Positions 13,576 to 26,533 of a stretch of DNA of 64,000 nt are shown piece by piece. Every line of letters begins with the position of its first letter. Position 1 is the first letter of the stretch. Made by a program: the position numbers and the translations under genes. The notes under the pieces were generated by a model, which was not told the DNA's origin, ran no database searches, and saw only the letters and a program-made list of their open reading frames with translations. The stretch comes from Octopus vulgaris (lineage: Eukaryota): assembly GCA_951406725.2 (NCBI GenBank), contig OX597832.1, forward strand, positions 40,052,001-40,116,000, in the 5' to 3' direction.

Positions 13576-13889
13576 TCCAGACACAGATTGTCTGGAATCT
13601 CTTATATTTTGCACTAATTTATTCCAATCTACAGGTACTTGAATTTCATTTAATTATTCAAATAAATTTAGGATTTGCTTAATTTAAAGTGTTTTTATTG
13701 AGGTGACCACCCCTGGTTCAGAAAAATCAATATTGTATAGGAGCTTTAAAGCCAAAGGTTTTGGAATGTATTCTACCTACTAAATAAGGTAAATTAAGAC
13801 AAAATTAAAGAGAAAAACAAAGATATTGAATAGAAAGAAAAATTGTTTTCAGAAAAATGAAACGTGTTAAACTAAATATATTAAACAAT

Positions 13890-15290
13890 CTGGTTCTTTT
13901 ATAAAACCACTGTCAGTCTCTATAACGATCTCTGCCATGGAAGTAGCTGTATGCCAGGATCGAGTGATTCTTGTTGCATGTTATCCATCATACCTACGAT
14001 GGCAGTTTTCAGCAAACCCTTTGTTTAGTGGAGCTGCTGGTTTGGTTTTCTCTCGGTGCTGCTCCAGATTTAGCTGTCCAGTGATTCTACGTATTGTCAC
14101 ATGATCATAAAATCTCTCAGCTTGCCATTCCAGGATTGAGAGGCTCGTGTAGTAGGGGGCAGGGTTCTGCTGGGACACACATGGCCTTCTTTGAATGACT
14201 CTTAGATCCACGGTTTGACGATTGTGTTCTGCACAATATAAGGTGGTGACATTGGCCCTGAAGCTTTGTGGGGGGTAAAAAGTGAGACAATATGACATGG
14301 CTCTAATTACTTCAACATTCAGCACAATCAGAAACAAGAGGAACTTTGTGTGTGATCATGAGTACCTCCATGATGTCCATGCAGAACCATCTGTTGTTTT
14401 GTTTGTTCCTTCTCGAGCTCATAAGGACCGGTTTCCTTGGCGTATAGGTTCCCCACTTGGGTGGGACGCCACAGGTGAGCTGCAAGATGCAGGAGGAAAG
14501 GGCGAGAGAAAGTTGTGGCTCATAAACACACACATTGCCCTGTCTGAGATTCGAACCTGCGATCCCTCGACAGCGAGTCCACTGCTCTAACCACTAGGCC
14601 ATGTGCCTCCACTACAAAAAGTGAAAGAAAGTTGGGGTGAAAGAGTACAACAGGGGTCGCCACCAGCCCCTGCCGGAACCTCGTGGAGCTTTAGGTGTTT
14701 TCGCTAAATAAACACACAACGCCCGGTCTGGAAATCGAAACCGCGATCTTCCGAACACGAGTCCACTGCCCTAACCACTGGGCCATTGCGCCTCCACACA
14801 ACCATCTGTTGGTCCTCCTTGTCACCTTCTGGTCCTGGTTGAAGTTCTCTTCGGTGAAGAACCAGACCATAATGAGTTTCTTGGGGTGCTCAAGCTTGTT
14901 CAGTTTCTGTCTCAACTAGATCACATGGGCTGTCTTCTCATGTAGGACTTTTCACATGATGTCCTCATTCAGTATGCATCATAAGGTGGACTCCTCCACT
15001 TTGAGCTGCTTGGCAATAGCTCTGATTGAGTTGGTCTGCTGGACAAACCTGGCCATCCGGACAGTGCCTAATTGCTGAAAGTGTTTCCCTCTCTCTCTCC
15101 TGGTCACAGATGACATGTTCCCTTTGGAAGTAGCTGAAAGAAAGACCAAACAGCAACTCTGCTTTGCCAAGGGTTCATTCAAAGATTTCCCTTGTGGATA
15201 TGATAGGTAACCTGAACGAGAACCAAGTTATTCTAGCATACGGTCACTTCTTGTCAATCACTTTCAAGGTCATCACTGAGGTTGAGAGTG
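13890..15290 (-). mobile_element. Decayed Tc1/mariner-superfamily transposase, maT/DD37D-like
   Basis: Minus-strand peptides in the expected order: SIRAIAKQLKVEESTL (HTH); KLEHP..MVWFFTEENFNQDQKVTRRTNRWLC (cf. WFFSDEKNFDQDQ); RRPCVSQQNPAPYYTS..EWQAERFYDHVT (cf. FQQDSAPAH); C-terminal VIETDSGFI. Frameshifted; TIRs not recognised. Confidence 0.85.
14397..14799 (-). mobile_element. Dimeric tRNA-derived SINE (family C) inserted in the transposase
   Basis: Two tRNA-like heads (gtggaggcgcaatggcccagtggttagg and gtggaggcacatggcctagtggttaga). A 12-bp TSD, aaccatctgttg, lies at 14385-14396 and 14800-14811. Confidence 0.9.
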
Positions 15291-15318
15291 GTTTTATAGA
15301 CTCCGTGGCTTTTTTTAT

Positions 15319-15550
15319 TTTAACCCTTTAGCATTCAGATTACTCAGTCAAAGGGTTTGCTTATTTATTCATGTTGCTTTTAATTAATCAGGCATTATCT
15401 TGCAGCTTCAAGATTTCAATGCTGTGATTGTTTATTTTAAGAATGACATTGTAGGGTAGGTGTCAGAGGCCAGATCTGGCCAGTTTGAGCATAAAACAGG
15501 TGGAATATTTGGGCTGGATATGGGGGCCAGTTCAAATGCCAAAGATTTAA
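15319..15550. mobile_element. piggyBac-type MITE, family P1 (diverged)
   Basis: ttaa-ccctttagcattcag...aatgccaaagat-ttaa; same family as the copies at 18590, 26014, 26187, 31308 and 43813. Confidence 0.8.
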
Positions 15551-15829
15551 ACATATCAAGGTGTAGGTTGGCTGCGTATTTAACAAGCATTCTTTGCAAC
15601 AGTGTGGTTTCAGGTTCAGTCTCTTTGCATAGCAACATGGTCAAGTGCCTTTTACTATAGTGTTGGGCTGACCAATTCTTTATGAGTGAATTTACTCACT
15701 GGTAACTATGTGGAAGCCTCTCATCTGTGTGTGTGTGTGTTCTCTCCCCTCACCCACTTGACATCAGGTGTTGGATTGCTCCTGTAGCCTTTATCATTAT
15801 CCTAGTCAGGTGTTGCACTATGTGATGCT

Positions 15830-16190
15830 GTGGTCATCACGATGTCTTACCACCTTCTCCTGTCCTTTACCCCATGGACAGCTGAGAATAAAGACAATCC
15901 TGTGGCTGCGATGTCTTTCAGCTAAGAAGTGGGGGTGGTCTGCCTCTTTTATGTCTGCCGTTCACCTTGCCAGTTACGATCGTTTGCTCAAGTCCATCTC
16001 GGCACATGACGTGGCCAAAGAACCGTAGCTTCCGCTTCATGATGTTTTGCTGACGCATCATCTCGCAACTGAGCTTTTCTAGTACCCAGTTGTTCGTCCT
16101 TCACTCAGTCCGCGACACTCTAAGGATTCTGCGGTAACCCCACATTTCAAAAGAGCTCACTCTTTTCTCTTCTGCCTTCAGCATTGTCCA
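15830..16190 (-). mobile_element. RTE-clade LINE 3' fragment
   Basis: Manual translation gives WTMLKAEEKRVSSFEMWGYRRILRVS..NIMKRKLRFFGHVMCRDGLEQTIVTGKVNGRHKRGRPP, the typical RTE ORF C-terminus, with a stop codon. Confidence 0.88.
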
Positions 16191-16849
16191 GTTCACCAAA
16201 AAAAAACTGACAGACTTGATATCAGACTTTTAAAAAAATAAAGGGTTGGGGGTCAATTTGTTCAACTAAAACCATTTGAGCTTGTGCCCCAGCGTGGTTG
16301 TAGTTCAATGACTGAAACAAACAAAAGAAAATATCTAGTTGAACATATGTATCACTTTTCGGAAAACCTATTTCCTTCTTTTTTTTTTTTTTTTTAGGTA
16401 TTTTTCTTTTCTTTTATTTTCATTTACCTGGTATACGTTATCTAGGTGGGTTGGCACAGGTGAAGTACCGTCTTGTGAGTACATGCTCTTGACCTTGAAA
16501 GGTGAAGTATTTCGCTGTGTTCAAGAAGCAGGTGGTTATCTCTAAGTTGCTACAGCTGCCTGCTAGAGCTACAAGCATGCCGTGTCTTCTCATTTCCTGT
16601 TGTAGACTGGGCTCTGCCACATTGACAACTGCCAGCATGTCTGAAACAGAAATGAAAACAAAATTTGGTGTACTTTATATAAGATTGTGGAGGCACATGG
16701 CTTTAGTGGGTTAGGCTGTTGGACTCGTGGGTGTAAGATTGTATTTTCAATTCCTGGACTTGGTAGTGCATTGAGTTCTTGAGTAAAACACTTCATTTCA
16801 CGTTGCTTCAGTCTGCTCAACTGTAGAAATAAGTAATGACTTACCAGAC

Positions 16850-17490
16850 CGGCGTAGGAGTGGCTGTGTGGTAAGTAGCTTGCTTACGAACCACATGTTT
16901 CCGGGTTCAGTCTCACTGCATGGCACCTTGGGCAAGTGTCTTCTACTATAGCCTCAGGCCAACCAAAGCCTTGTGAGTGGATTTGGTAGACGGAAACTGA
17001 AAGAAGCCTGTCGTATATATGTATATATATATATATATATGCATGTATGTCTATATGTTTGTTATTTCTTTATTGCCCACAAGGGGCTAAACATAGAGGA
17101 GACAAACAAGGACACACAAAGGGATTAAGTCAATTACATTGACCCCAGTGCATAACTGGTACTTAATTTATTGACCTCGAAAGGATGAAAGGCAAAATCG
17201 AATTTGAACTCGGAATGTAATGGCAGACAAAATACCGCTACGCATTTCACCCGGCGTACTAACGCTTCTGCCAACTCACCATGTGTGTATATGTTTGTGT
17301 GTGTTTGTCCCCTCAACATCGCTTGACAACCAATGCTGGTGTGTTTATGTCCCCGTAACTTAGCGGTTTGGCAAACCAATAGAATAAGTACTAGGCTTAC
17401 AAAGAATAAGTCCTGGGGTCGATTTGGCTCGACTAAAGGCGGTGCTCCAGCATGACCACAATCAAATGACTGAAACAAGTAAAAGAGTTT
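16850..17490 (+). mobile_element. Family-A SINE interrupted by an antisense family-B SINE (about 17063-17280)
   Basis: A head at 16850; a reverse-complemented B sequence sits inside the internal microsatellite; the A tail resumes at about 17281. Confidence 0.88.
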
Positions 17491-17577
17491 CCTGCGATGG
17501 CCTGGCATCCTGTCCATAGAGGAATGTATTTACCAGAGATACCAAGAAACCAACCCTGTGCTCCTTACAGAGTAATC

Positions 17578-17940
17578 TTTTATCTTTTACTTGTTTTGGT
17601 CATTAGACTGTGACCATGCTGGGGCACCACCACCTTGAAAAATTTTTAATCAACTTATTTTTTAAAACCTGGTACTTTTTCTCTCATGCCGAACTGCTAA
17701 GTTACAGGGATGCAAACAAACCAACACTGGTTGTCAAGTAATGGTAGTGGACAGACAGACACACACACACACACACATGATGGGCTTCTTTCAGTTTGTC
17801 TACCAAATCCACTCGCAAAGATTTGGCCAGCCCAGGGCTAAAGAAAAAAAAATCGCTTACCCAAGGTGTCACACTGTGAGACTGAACCCAGAACCATGTG
17901 TTTAAGAAGCAAACTTCTTACCACACAGCCAGGCCTGTGC
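17578..17940 (-). mobile_element. Older family-A SINE
   Basis: All modules are present but diverged. Confidence 0.8.
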
Positions 17941-18039
17941 TTAACGTGGATGAACTTTGTATAGGCTTGCTAGATTGCCTTCCACTTATCCATCCATTCA
18001 TCTTCTCTGCCTACCATCCCTGGGAGGATCATAAGGTTA

Positions 18040-18352
18040 GAGTCCTCAGCTACTTCCTCCACATGGTCTGATGAGAAGCAACCCTCAGTAGACTTCCCTG
18101 TCTAGATTCCCAACCATGACCAACCGAAGCTATGGCTGTTATCCAATGATCTTGTTCTCTGTCTACCCCTAGGTCTACAGCCAGTTGGCTCAGCTTGAAG
18201 AATCTGTCTTGCAATTCTTTCCTATGACATCCTAATCACGTCATAACACTTGTTGTTGAGACGTAGTCGCTCAACCTGCAGAATTCCCTGGTCTCTGAGT
18301 TCCACAGTCTGTCGAGTAATGTTACTCCAGAGATCTTTTGGAGGAACCTCAT
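18040..18352 (-). mobile_element. RTE/RTEX-like LINE 3' fragment
   Basis: Minus-strand peptides RFLQKISGVTLLDRLWNSETRES and ERIARQILQAEPTGCRPRGRQRTRSLDN. Confidence 0.75.
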
Positions 18353-18589
18353 AATTAGCTGCTTCTATTCCACCCGTGGCTTGCTAAAATTGTGTTCATA
18401 ATTATCTGGTGCATGCTGGACAATAAGTACCTCATTAGAAAATGCACCTCCATACAGCACTCTTCTGCAATGTGCACCTTACTGTAAGTATAGTTCTTTA
18501 ACACATTGCACCATGTAATGAGGGAGCCTCTACTCAGTCATTTGGCCTGCTAGAAAATGTAGCCAAATTACCCTCAAATTACACAACCA

Positions 18590-18797
18590 TTTAAACCCTT
18601 TAGCATTCAGATTATTCTATCAAATGTAATGCTTATTTATTCACATTGTTTTGAATTAATCATGCATTATCTTGGAGCTTCCAGATTTCGATGATGTCAT
18701 TTATTTTTAGAATAGCATTTTAGGGTAGGTGTGATAAACTGGATCAGGCTGGTTTGAACATAAAACAGGTTGAATATTTGGGCTGGATAAGGTTAAA
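18590..18797. mobile_element. piggyBac-type MITE P1
   Basis: ccctttagcattcagatt... with TTAA-like ends. Confidence 0.75.
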
Positions 18798-18952
18798 TAA
18801 AGTTTACATTTGAAAACATTGACTCTGATATCTAAAAAGTTGAGTTGTTCACAATTGGATTTCCTCTGTTCAAATAAGAATGACCTAGTGCTTGATATCC
18901 ACTCACAAGGCTTTGATTAGCCTGGATTTATATATAGTAGAAGACACTTGCC

Positions 18953-19192
18953 AAAATACCTATTTCTTTATTACCCACAAGGGGCTAAACACAGAGAGGA
19001 CAAACAAGGACAGACAAACGGATTAAGTCGATTACATCGACCCCAGTGCGTAACTGGTACTTAATTTATCGATCCCGAAAGGATGAAAGGTAAAGTCAAC
19101 CTTGGTGGAATTTGAACTCAGAACGCAGAGACAGGCGAAAATACTGCTCAGCATTTCGCCCGGCGTGTTAACGTTTCTGCCAGCTCGCCGCC
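18953..19192 (-). mobile_element. Family-B SINE nested in a family-A relic
   Basis: Reverse complement of ggcggcgagctggcagaaacgttaac...gtaataaagaaatagg. The host gacacttgcc / gcagtggaactgaacc resumes on either side. Confidence 0.88.
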
Positions 19193-19764
19193 TAACACTT
19201 ACCAAAATGCTATGCAGTGGAACTGAACCTGGAACCACATGGTTGGGAAGAAAGCTTCTTGACCACACTGTCATGCCTGCATCTGAGTTCAAATCATTGT
19301 CCTAACTGACTGTGCTCTTTATCTCTGTAAGAGTTAATAATATAAGTACCAACAGTTTAGTTTCGTGTGAGATTCTACTGACCATACCCTGCTCCCTTGT
19401 AAATATTTGGTTTTGTACTGATGTAAGAAATCATTATTCACCTGTGTTCCTCGGTAAAGGCATCAACATTACAGACTCCACTTTTTGTTTATAGTGAGTA
19501 GTGGAATTGGTAAAACAGTGAACAAATATGATAATTACCTGGTTATACTTAGGTCAGTTTGAGTTAAAATTCTGCTGAGGTCAGCTTATTTCAGAAGTCA
19601 TTTTATAAAATTGTCTTCTATTTGTCTCACAATTTATAGTCATTTAGTTCATCATATATTGGTGTTGATTCTTTAGTTTGTTTTAGCTGTTATGGCTAAG
19701 GATTTGTAGTAGGGTGCCAAAACAATAGCTTGAACTAGTATCACGTTTCTAATATATATATATA

Positions 19765-19930
19765 TAAATCTCCTTGTTTCTCTCCTTGTTTTTTCTGTGT
19801 CCCTTTCTGTAGAAGAGCATAGGCTCGAAACATAAAATACTTTTTCTATTCCTGAGCGTTGTACTAATACATCTGTTTGATTTGTACACCACCTGTCTTC
19901 ATCTTTTGATTTTTTCGTAAACTCTCCCTA
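19765..19930 (+). mobile_element. Penelope-like terminal-repeat fragment with a hammerhead-shaped motif
   Basis: ctgtaga-a-gagc-atag-gctc-gaaa-cat at 19807-19833, set within a (TA)n run. Confidence 0.5.
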
Positions 19931-20224
19931 TATATATAAATAAAAATCCAACCATTCTGACCTCATTGTTCTCACCTCTATGTTTACTGAACAAACCAAC
20001 CAGGGAGCTTCTACTGCTAAATGTAACTAGATCTTCCTTAAATCTCCCCTTTTTTTTGTCATTAAAAAAATGGAAATTGGATTCTAGAAATGTGATTCTA
20101 GAAACACTATATCTGAATAAAAAGAAAAAAGATAAAGTGGTTGAAACTGGAATGCCTTAAATCAAAATTGTTCTGGAGCTCAAACAACTAAATATGCTGT
20201 ATGTTTGATATACACACAGTATGT

Positions 20225-20712
20225 TGTGGCATCTTGGGCAAGTGTCTTCTACTATAACTTCAGGCCAACCAAAGCCTTGTGAATGGATTTGGTTGACAGA
20301 AACTGAAAGAATCCCATTGTGTGAGTATGTGTGTGCGCATGTGTCTTTGGGTCTGTGTTGGTCCCACAGTACTATTTGACAACTGGTGTTGGTGTTTCTA
20401 CATCCCTTTAACTTAGTGGTTCGACATACGTCATCAACAACATCATCATCATCATTGTTTAATGTCCGCTTTCCATGCTAGCATGGGTTGGACGATTTGA
20501 CTGAGGACTGGCAAACCAGATGGCTGCACCAGGCTCCAATCTGATCTGGCAGAGTTTCTACAGCTGGATGCCCTTCCTAACACCAATAAGCAACTCATAA
20601 AATAAGTACCAGGCTTAATGAAAAATAATTACTGGACTTGATTCATTTCACTAAAAATTATTCAAAGTGGTGCTCCAGCTGGTCGCAGTCTAATGACTGA
20701 AACAAGCAAAAT
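20225..20712 (+). mobile_element. Old family-A SINE carrying an antisense Nin/Deu-like module with a (GAT)n tail (about 20430-20586)
   Basis: The insert is catcatcat-gtttaatgtccgctttccatgctagcatgggttggacg...ctggatgcccttcctaa; a near-identical copy is at 29217-29360. Confidence 0.8.
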
Positions 20713-21069
20713 AAATGTCAATTATGTTTTACATGCAATTTGCACTGTGTGACATTCCCTTCATCAGCTTTTGCTTGAAGAGGAATGTGATTTTGGCACC
20801 TTCTGACAGTAGCACTCCTTCCATTTAATTAGCAGAGTCATTAGTGCATTAGAGAGAATGCTTTGCAGTATTTATTCCAATTCCCTGCACTCTGGTTTTT
20901 AAATTACACCAAGTTCAACTTTGCTGTTTGTCCATTCAAAGTTGAAAGGAAAAGGTACCAATCCAGGGGGCTTGATTGGTGAGACTATTTGAGGGTCAGG
21001 CATGATACTTTGTTGTATCTCTTCTGGCTCTTTTCATTAGGGTAAGGGGTATGAATGACCATTGTATTA

Positions 21070-21335
21070 CACCTAGAAAGTTCCCCTCTGAGGCACAAGT
21101 TTGGGCAAGGTTGTTTATGGAAAACTAGCAGTCACCCATGCATACCAATCTCCCCTCTTCATGCCACCAATGTTATCCAAGGGAAAGGTAAAGAGGCTGA
21201 TACATCTTGGCACCAATGATGTCACAAGTCATTTCTACAGTTGAGTGAACTGGAGCAACATGAAATAAAGTGTCTTGTTCAAGGACACAACACACATCCC
21301 AGTCCAGGAATTGAACTTGCTACCACTGAGCCATG
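21070..21335 (-). mobile_element. tRNA-headed SINE (family C/D variant)
   Basis: ctggagcaacatgaaataaagtgtcttgttcaaggacacaac...ccaggaattgaac is shared with the copies at 41440 and 48925. Confidence 0.7.
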
Positions 21336-22014
21336 CACTGACAGCAACATCTGCAGTGACAGTGACATTGCAGGCTGTATTAGTCTGACTTGGTGGCCTT
21401 TCCTATGGATAAACATCAGTGTCATGGAAAGAAGAGTCTTGCATGAATGAGCACTTGCCAGTTCTTGTAAAAAAAAATCTTGCCCAGACTTGTACAAATG
21501 TGTGTGGAGGCATGGTCAACATTGACCCATAGAGACCCTTCAGAAAAAAAGCGATTCTCTTAGAGAATATCCAGGTTCTTTTTTGTCCACCCTATACGTC
21601 CTGCCGTCACACCTGACTGGGTACAACTATAACCAAGCAACTACACAGCCACCTGTTTGTTTTACTTCTCACTGAGGATATTGGTTCTTCACTCTCAGCT
21701 GTAGTCTTTCTCTTACATACGTCTGCTATATGCATGGTGATGTATTCTCTGACTTTCTTTGTAGTTCATGATTGGTGGTTATTAACCCTACCTGACTGAG
21801 TTACTGTCTTTACTAAGTCCAGTGTCAGCCAGGTGGGAGATCGTGGATTTAGCTACAGACCAATGATATTCCACCACTCCTGAAGACCCTGTAGTTGTCA
21901 TTCTTGTGCCTCACACCAACTCTTCCTTCATATTTTAAAACCTTTTCTTTCAATTTGCCTAATCTTCACTGCCGTTTTTGAAGCACAGTTTACTCAACTA
22001 CTAGGAATTTATTT

Positions 22015-22413
22015 AATTCTTTATTGCCCACAAGGGGCTAAACATAGAGGGGTCAAACAAGGATAGACAAAGGGACTATCCCAGTGCATAACTGGTACTT
22101 ATTTAATCGACCCCAAAAGCATGAAAGGCAAAGTCAACCTCAACGGAATTTGAACTCAGAACATAGCGGCAGACGAAATACCTGTTTCTTTATTACCCAC
22201 AAGGGGCTAAATATAGAGGGGACAAACAAGGACAGACAAACGGATTAAGTCGATTACATCGACCCCAGTGTGTAACTGGTACTTATTTAATCGACCCCGA
22301 AAGGATGAAAGGCAAAGTCGACCGCGCCGGAATTTGAACTCAGAATGTAACAGCAGACGAAAAACCGCTAAGCATTTTGCCTGGCGTGCTAACGATTCTG
22401 CCAGCTCACCACC
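22015..22413 (-). mobile_element. Family-B SINE with a tandemly duplicated body
   Basis: One head at about 22410 and two body units, each ending ccccttgtggg..aataaagaa. Confidence 0.88.
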
Positions 22414-22887
22414 TTCTAAGAATTTATTGTCAAGTCAGATGATAGAATTAGGTTGGGACTTGGCTTTGTTCTTGCAATGTAGCTTTGAAACACAATAATT
22501 TCCTCCAAACCTCTGCGTACCATCTTGTCATTCATTTAGCAATGTTGACAAATCTGGGTTTTGGCTTTCCTTTGTTTCCACTTCTGCATTATCTTTTCTT
22601 GCTCTCCTTGTAGAAAACAGCAGGGGGAAATACACTCTCTCACACACACAACAGGCTTCTTGCTGTTTCCATCTATCGAATTCCCTCATGGCATTGATCA
22701 GTCAGGTGCTTTGACAAAAGACCCTTGTCCAGATGCTTTGTTGTAGGACCAAATCTGAACCCATTTGGTTGTGGAACAAACTTCTTAAGCACGCAGCCAT
22801 ATTTTATGTATTTGTGCATGTGCTAGAATTGTTAAATATTTACTGTCAGTATCTATAACTATAAACATATTCCTTGAATCTTTAGTT

Positions 22888-23089
22888 AAGTTAATTTTTT
22901 GGCTCAAAAAGCGAAAAGCAAGGCCATGTAGGGGGGCATGGAGTTATGTACAGGGAGGGTGTTCATGCAAAGAGTTCAGGCCATTTCTGGTCAAGAGAGA
23001 CTTTGAACCGAGCAGTTGTTGGCATCTTCACTATCTCGTCCAGCAGCTTATTCCACGGATCCACAACCCGGACGGAGAAAGCCCCTCTC
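22888..23089 (-). mobile_element. 5'-truncated CR1-clade LINE 3' end
   Basis: Minus strand reads RRGAFSVRVVDPWNKLLDEIVKMPTTARFKVSLDQKWPELFA*, the CR1 C-terminal motif. Candidate 8-bp TSD ctttagtt at 22880-22887 and 23090-23097. Confidence 0.85.
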
Positions 23090-23669
23090 CTTTAGTTGGG
23101 TCTCTTAGCAATCCCAGTAGTCATATCTGTCTGGTACTTATTTATCAACCTAAGGCATTTATTGACCTACACAAGAAAACAATTGACTGAAGTGCCATTG
23201 AGTGAGATTGAACCCAGAACCACACGGTTACAAAACTAGCTTCTTAAGTACATGGCTATTCCTGCACTTTTAAACATGTCTGTACGTGTGGAGGTTTCTT
23301 TTAGATTTCAAAGCAGAATTAGTCTGTGCACTTTGATAAATAATTGTCTCCAACAGAGCTGAATGCACATGAAGTCCATTTTTAGATTCACAAATGTTTA
23401 GTGCATCATAAGAATCTGATTCTTTGAATAGATCACTATTCCCAGAAGTCTTGGTACCTATTTCCATAGTTTGGTTAACTGGGACAAGAATTGTCCTGCT
23501 TATAAGTGCAACTTGAGAGAAATTTTTCATGTTTTACATTTTTTGGCCACCTTTTATTATTGTTTTTTTTTTTTACTTCAAACCTCTTTTACCGTTTCCC
23601 TGAATAACTGCTGATGATGTAAGTGAAGATCAAAGCCAACAGTTTCTTTATCCATACTTTCACTGTAGC

Positions 23670-23794
23670 AGTGTGTGTGCATGTATATATACATACATAC
23701 ATATGAATATATATATATACACACATATATGTACGTATATACATATACATACATATGAATATATATATACACACATATACGTACATATATACAT

Positions 23795-23847
<53 letters not shown>

Positions 23848-23930
23848 TACATATGAATATATATATATACATATATGTACGTATATACATACACATACAT
23901 ATGTACGCATGCGTGCATGCACACACACGT
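23670..23930. repeat. TA/CA compound microsatellite with an internal duplication
   Basis: catacatatgaatatatata recurs three times. Confidence 0.9.
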
Positions 23931-24629
23931 CTATATATTCCTCTCTCAAATCAGACAGTTCCAAAATGTTTCATAGGAAAGATTAAGAACAAAGAATTAT
24001 AGATTTGGAGAATGACAAAGAATTTCTTTTTTTTTTCTCTTTTCTTTTCTTTTCTTTCCTTCTCTTTCTCTCAGTCTTAACAATATTGTTATTTTTGAAA
24101 GGAAATATATCTCAGGAATAATACGAGCAAATTAATGCTTATTTTATCTCATGATGTCCTTTATTCAGCGCAGGAATCAGATTTTTTTTGTGTTCTGTTC
24201 TGTGTCTTTTTTTTTCAGCAAAAAAAAAGAGGGTTTGGTTGGGTGAATATATCATGAAGTTTTAAGTTTTATATATTATTTGATCTAACAATATACTTTT
24301 GTATTTCTTTCTTTCCCACTGAAATCAGATATTTGTTTCAAGATCCTGATTGAAGTTCACCCTAGTCATGTCTATTGTCAAAGTCAGTTGAAATGTTGAA
24401 TATCAAACTTTGTACGGCTCTTTACTTCATTTTTCCTTCTCAAATATTTTCACATGCTGTTCAATCTGCTGATAAACCCATACACACACACACACACACA
24501 CACTCACTCTTGCTCTTCAAATTTATAATTTTTTTTTATATAAATAATTTTCTTCTTATAAAGTAACCTAACTCTAAGGAATATTTTTTTCTTCTTTTCC
24601 AATTTGAACAAAAGTTGATTAATCAGGAT

Positions 24630-24800
24630 GAATAATAATAATAATAACAACAACAATAGTAATAATAATAACAATAATAGTAATAATAATAATAATAACA
24701 ATAATACAATAATAATAATAACAATAATAGTAATAATAATTACAATAATAGTAATAATAATAACAATAATAATAATAACAATAATAGTAATAATAATAAT
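24630..24800. repeat. (AAT/AAC/AGT)n trinucleotide microsatellite
   Basis: Directly visible. Confidence 0.97.
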
Positions 24801-25491
24801 GTTGTTTCTGTTGTCTAATGGTTGAGTTTATCTCAGAATAACACTATTACACAAAGAAGAAAAGACGGATTATTTCAATGTTAAGCTTTCATAGAACACA
24901 CATTGCCCAGAAGGTATTTCTTATTAGCGAAAGACTTTGTCGTGACTGCTATCTTTAGTTATAATGGTTGTGTAATCTTATCGTACAAAATAGGAACCAA
25001 CCAAATATACGTTGCTTTATTTGTGTCTATGGCTTTTATCATGCATTTTGCCCAATTTATCTGAAATTCTAGCATCCAGCTCACCAGTGAAACGATGTAC
25101 CCCAGCATCATTAAAATGCTGAGAGATTTTCACTTTGCCATCCCCAGTCTGCAATAAATTCACACTTTGATGCTTGACCTCACCGCGATAATTATTTTAA
25201 AAACCTTTTACCAACAATTAAGCCTGGCGTTGCCTTAACTTGGGTAATCTGCTGAGATATGATGTTGTCAGCTCAAATTGATACCGTTAATTAGAAGAGA
25301 TAAAAGAATTTAATCATTAGCACAATTAACTAACACTTCAAAATTACCTCTTCTTCCCCATCACCGTATTATTCCCCCCCTCATTTACCTATACAGTCCT
25401 TCCTCTCTGCTTCTCTCCTCTTCCAATTTTTTATTTTTCAATTCTTAGTCATCACCCCAATTTTCTCTCTCTCTCCTCCCCTCTTTCTATC

Positions 25492-25525
<34 letters not shown>

Positions 25526-26013
25526 ATTCAGTTCCTCTTCCAAGCTCACATTACCCATGGAGTGAAACGTTCTCTACTCTTTGTTTCTCAACACCATCAT
25601 TATCGCGTTTTCATTTTCGCTGTCAGACTCCTCTTCCTGTAGTTCTAGCTACAGCTAAACATCTCTTTCAAACCTTCAGCTTCCATTGTTATTATTATTG
25701 GTTTCCATTCTCACCTGAGCTTGATGCATTTGCAACACAACACCTCACCATAAATTTCAATCATGTGTGTTCAGCAGTGAGAAGACAAAATTCTTCCAGG
25801 TTTGTTACCTTAATTCTTCTTCTTCTTCTTTTTCACTTCATCTGTCTTCTGAGTACCTGTACCACCACCACCACCTTTAAGCACAATTTGTACCTTTCCC
25901 CAAGCATTTACCCACTGACTTAGATTATCTCTATAATATTCATGTAACCATTCCATCAAAGTACATACCTGCTGACATCTTTCTTAAGTCACTTGTGCTC
26001 AATATCTCACAAA

Positions 26014-26469
26014 TTAAAACCTTTAGCATTCACATTATTCTTTCAGGTGTAATGTTAATTCATTCACATTGTTTTGAAGTAATCATCCATTATCTTGTTG
26101 CTTCAAGATTTCAATGATGTAACAGTTTAGATTTAGAATGACATTGCAGGGTATGTGTGATGAGGCAGATCTGGTCAATTTGATCATTAACCCTTTAGTG
26201 TTTAAACCGGCCACATCCGGCCCAATATATTCTACATGTTTTATATTCAAACTGGCCATATCTAGCCTCTCACACCTAACCTACATTGACATTCTAAAAA
26301 TAAACAATCATGTCATTGAAACCTCAAAGCTATGAGATAATGCATGATTAATTCAAAACAATTTGAGTGAAAAAGTATTACATTTAACAGTAATCTGAAC
26401 ACTAAAGGGTTAAACAGGTTGTATATATGGTTGGATCTGATATTGTCAGTTTAAATGCTAAAGAGTTAA
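26014..26469. mobile_element. MITE P1 containing an inverted P1 copy (26191-26409)
   Basis: The inner copy has TIRs ccctttagtgtt / aacactaaaggg and a TTAA TSD at 26187-26190 and 26410-26413. The host resumes afterwards. Confidence 0.9.
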
Positions 26470-26533
26470 CATTGTAAATCCAGTAAACCAGCTTAGACCC
26501 CCCCCTACTAGCACAAACCCACGCACATATTTG

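Noticed and set aside
14540-14797. Possible tRNA genes
   Set aside because: They have A and B boxes but lie inside a TSD-bounded SINE, and I cannot fold a full cloverleaf.
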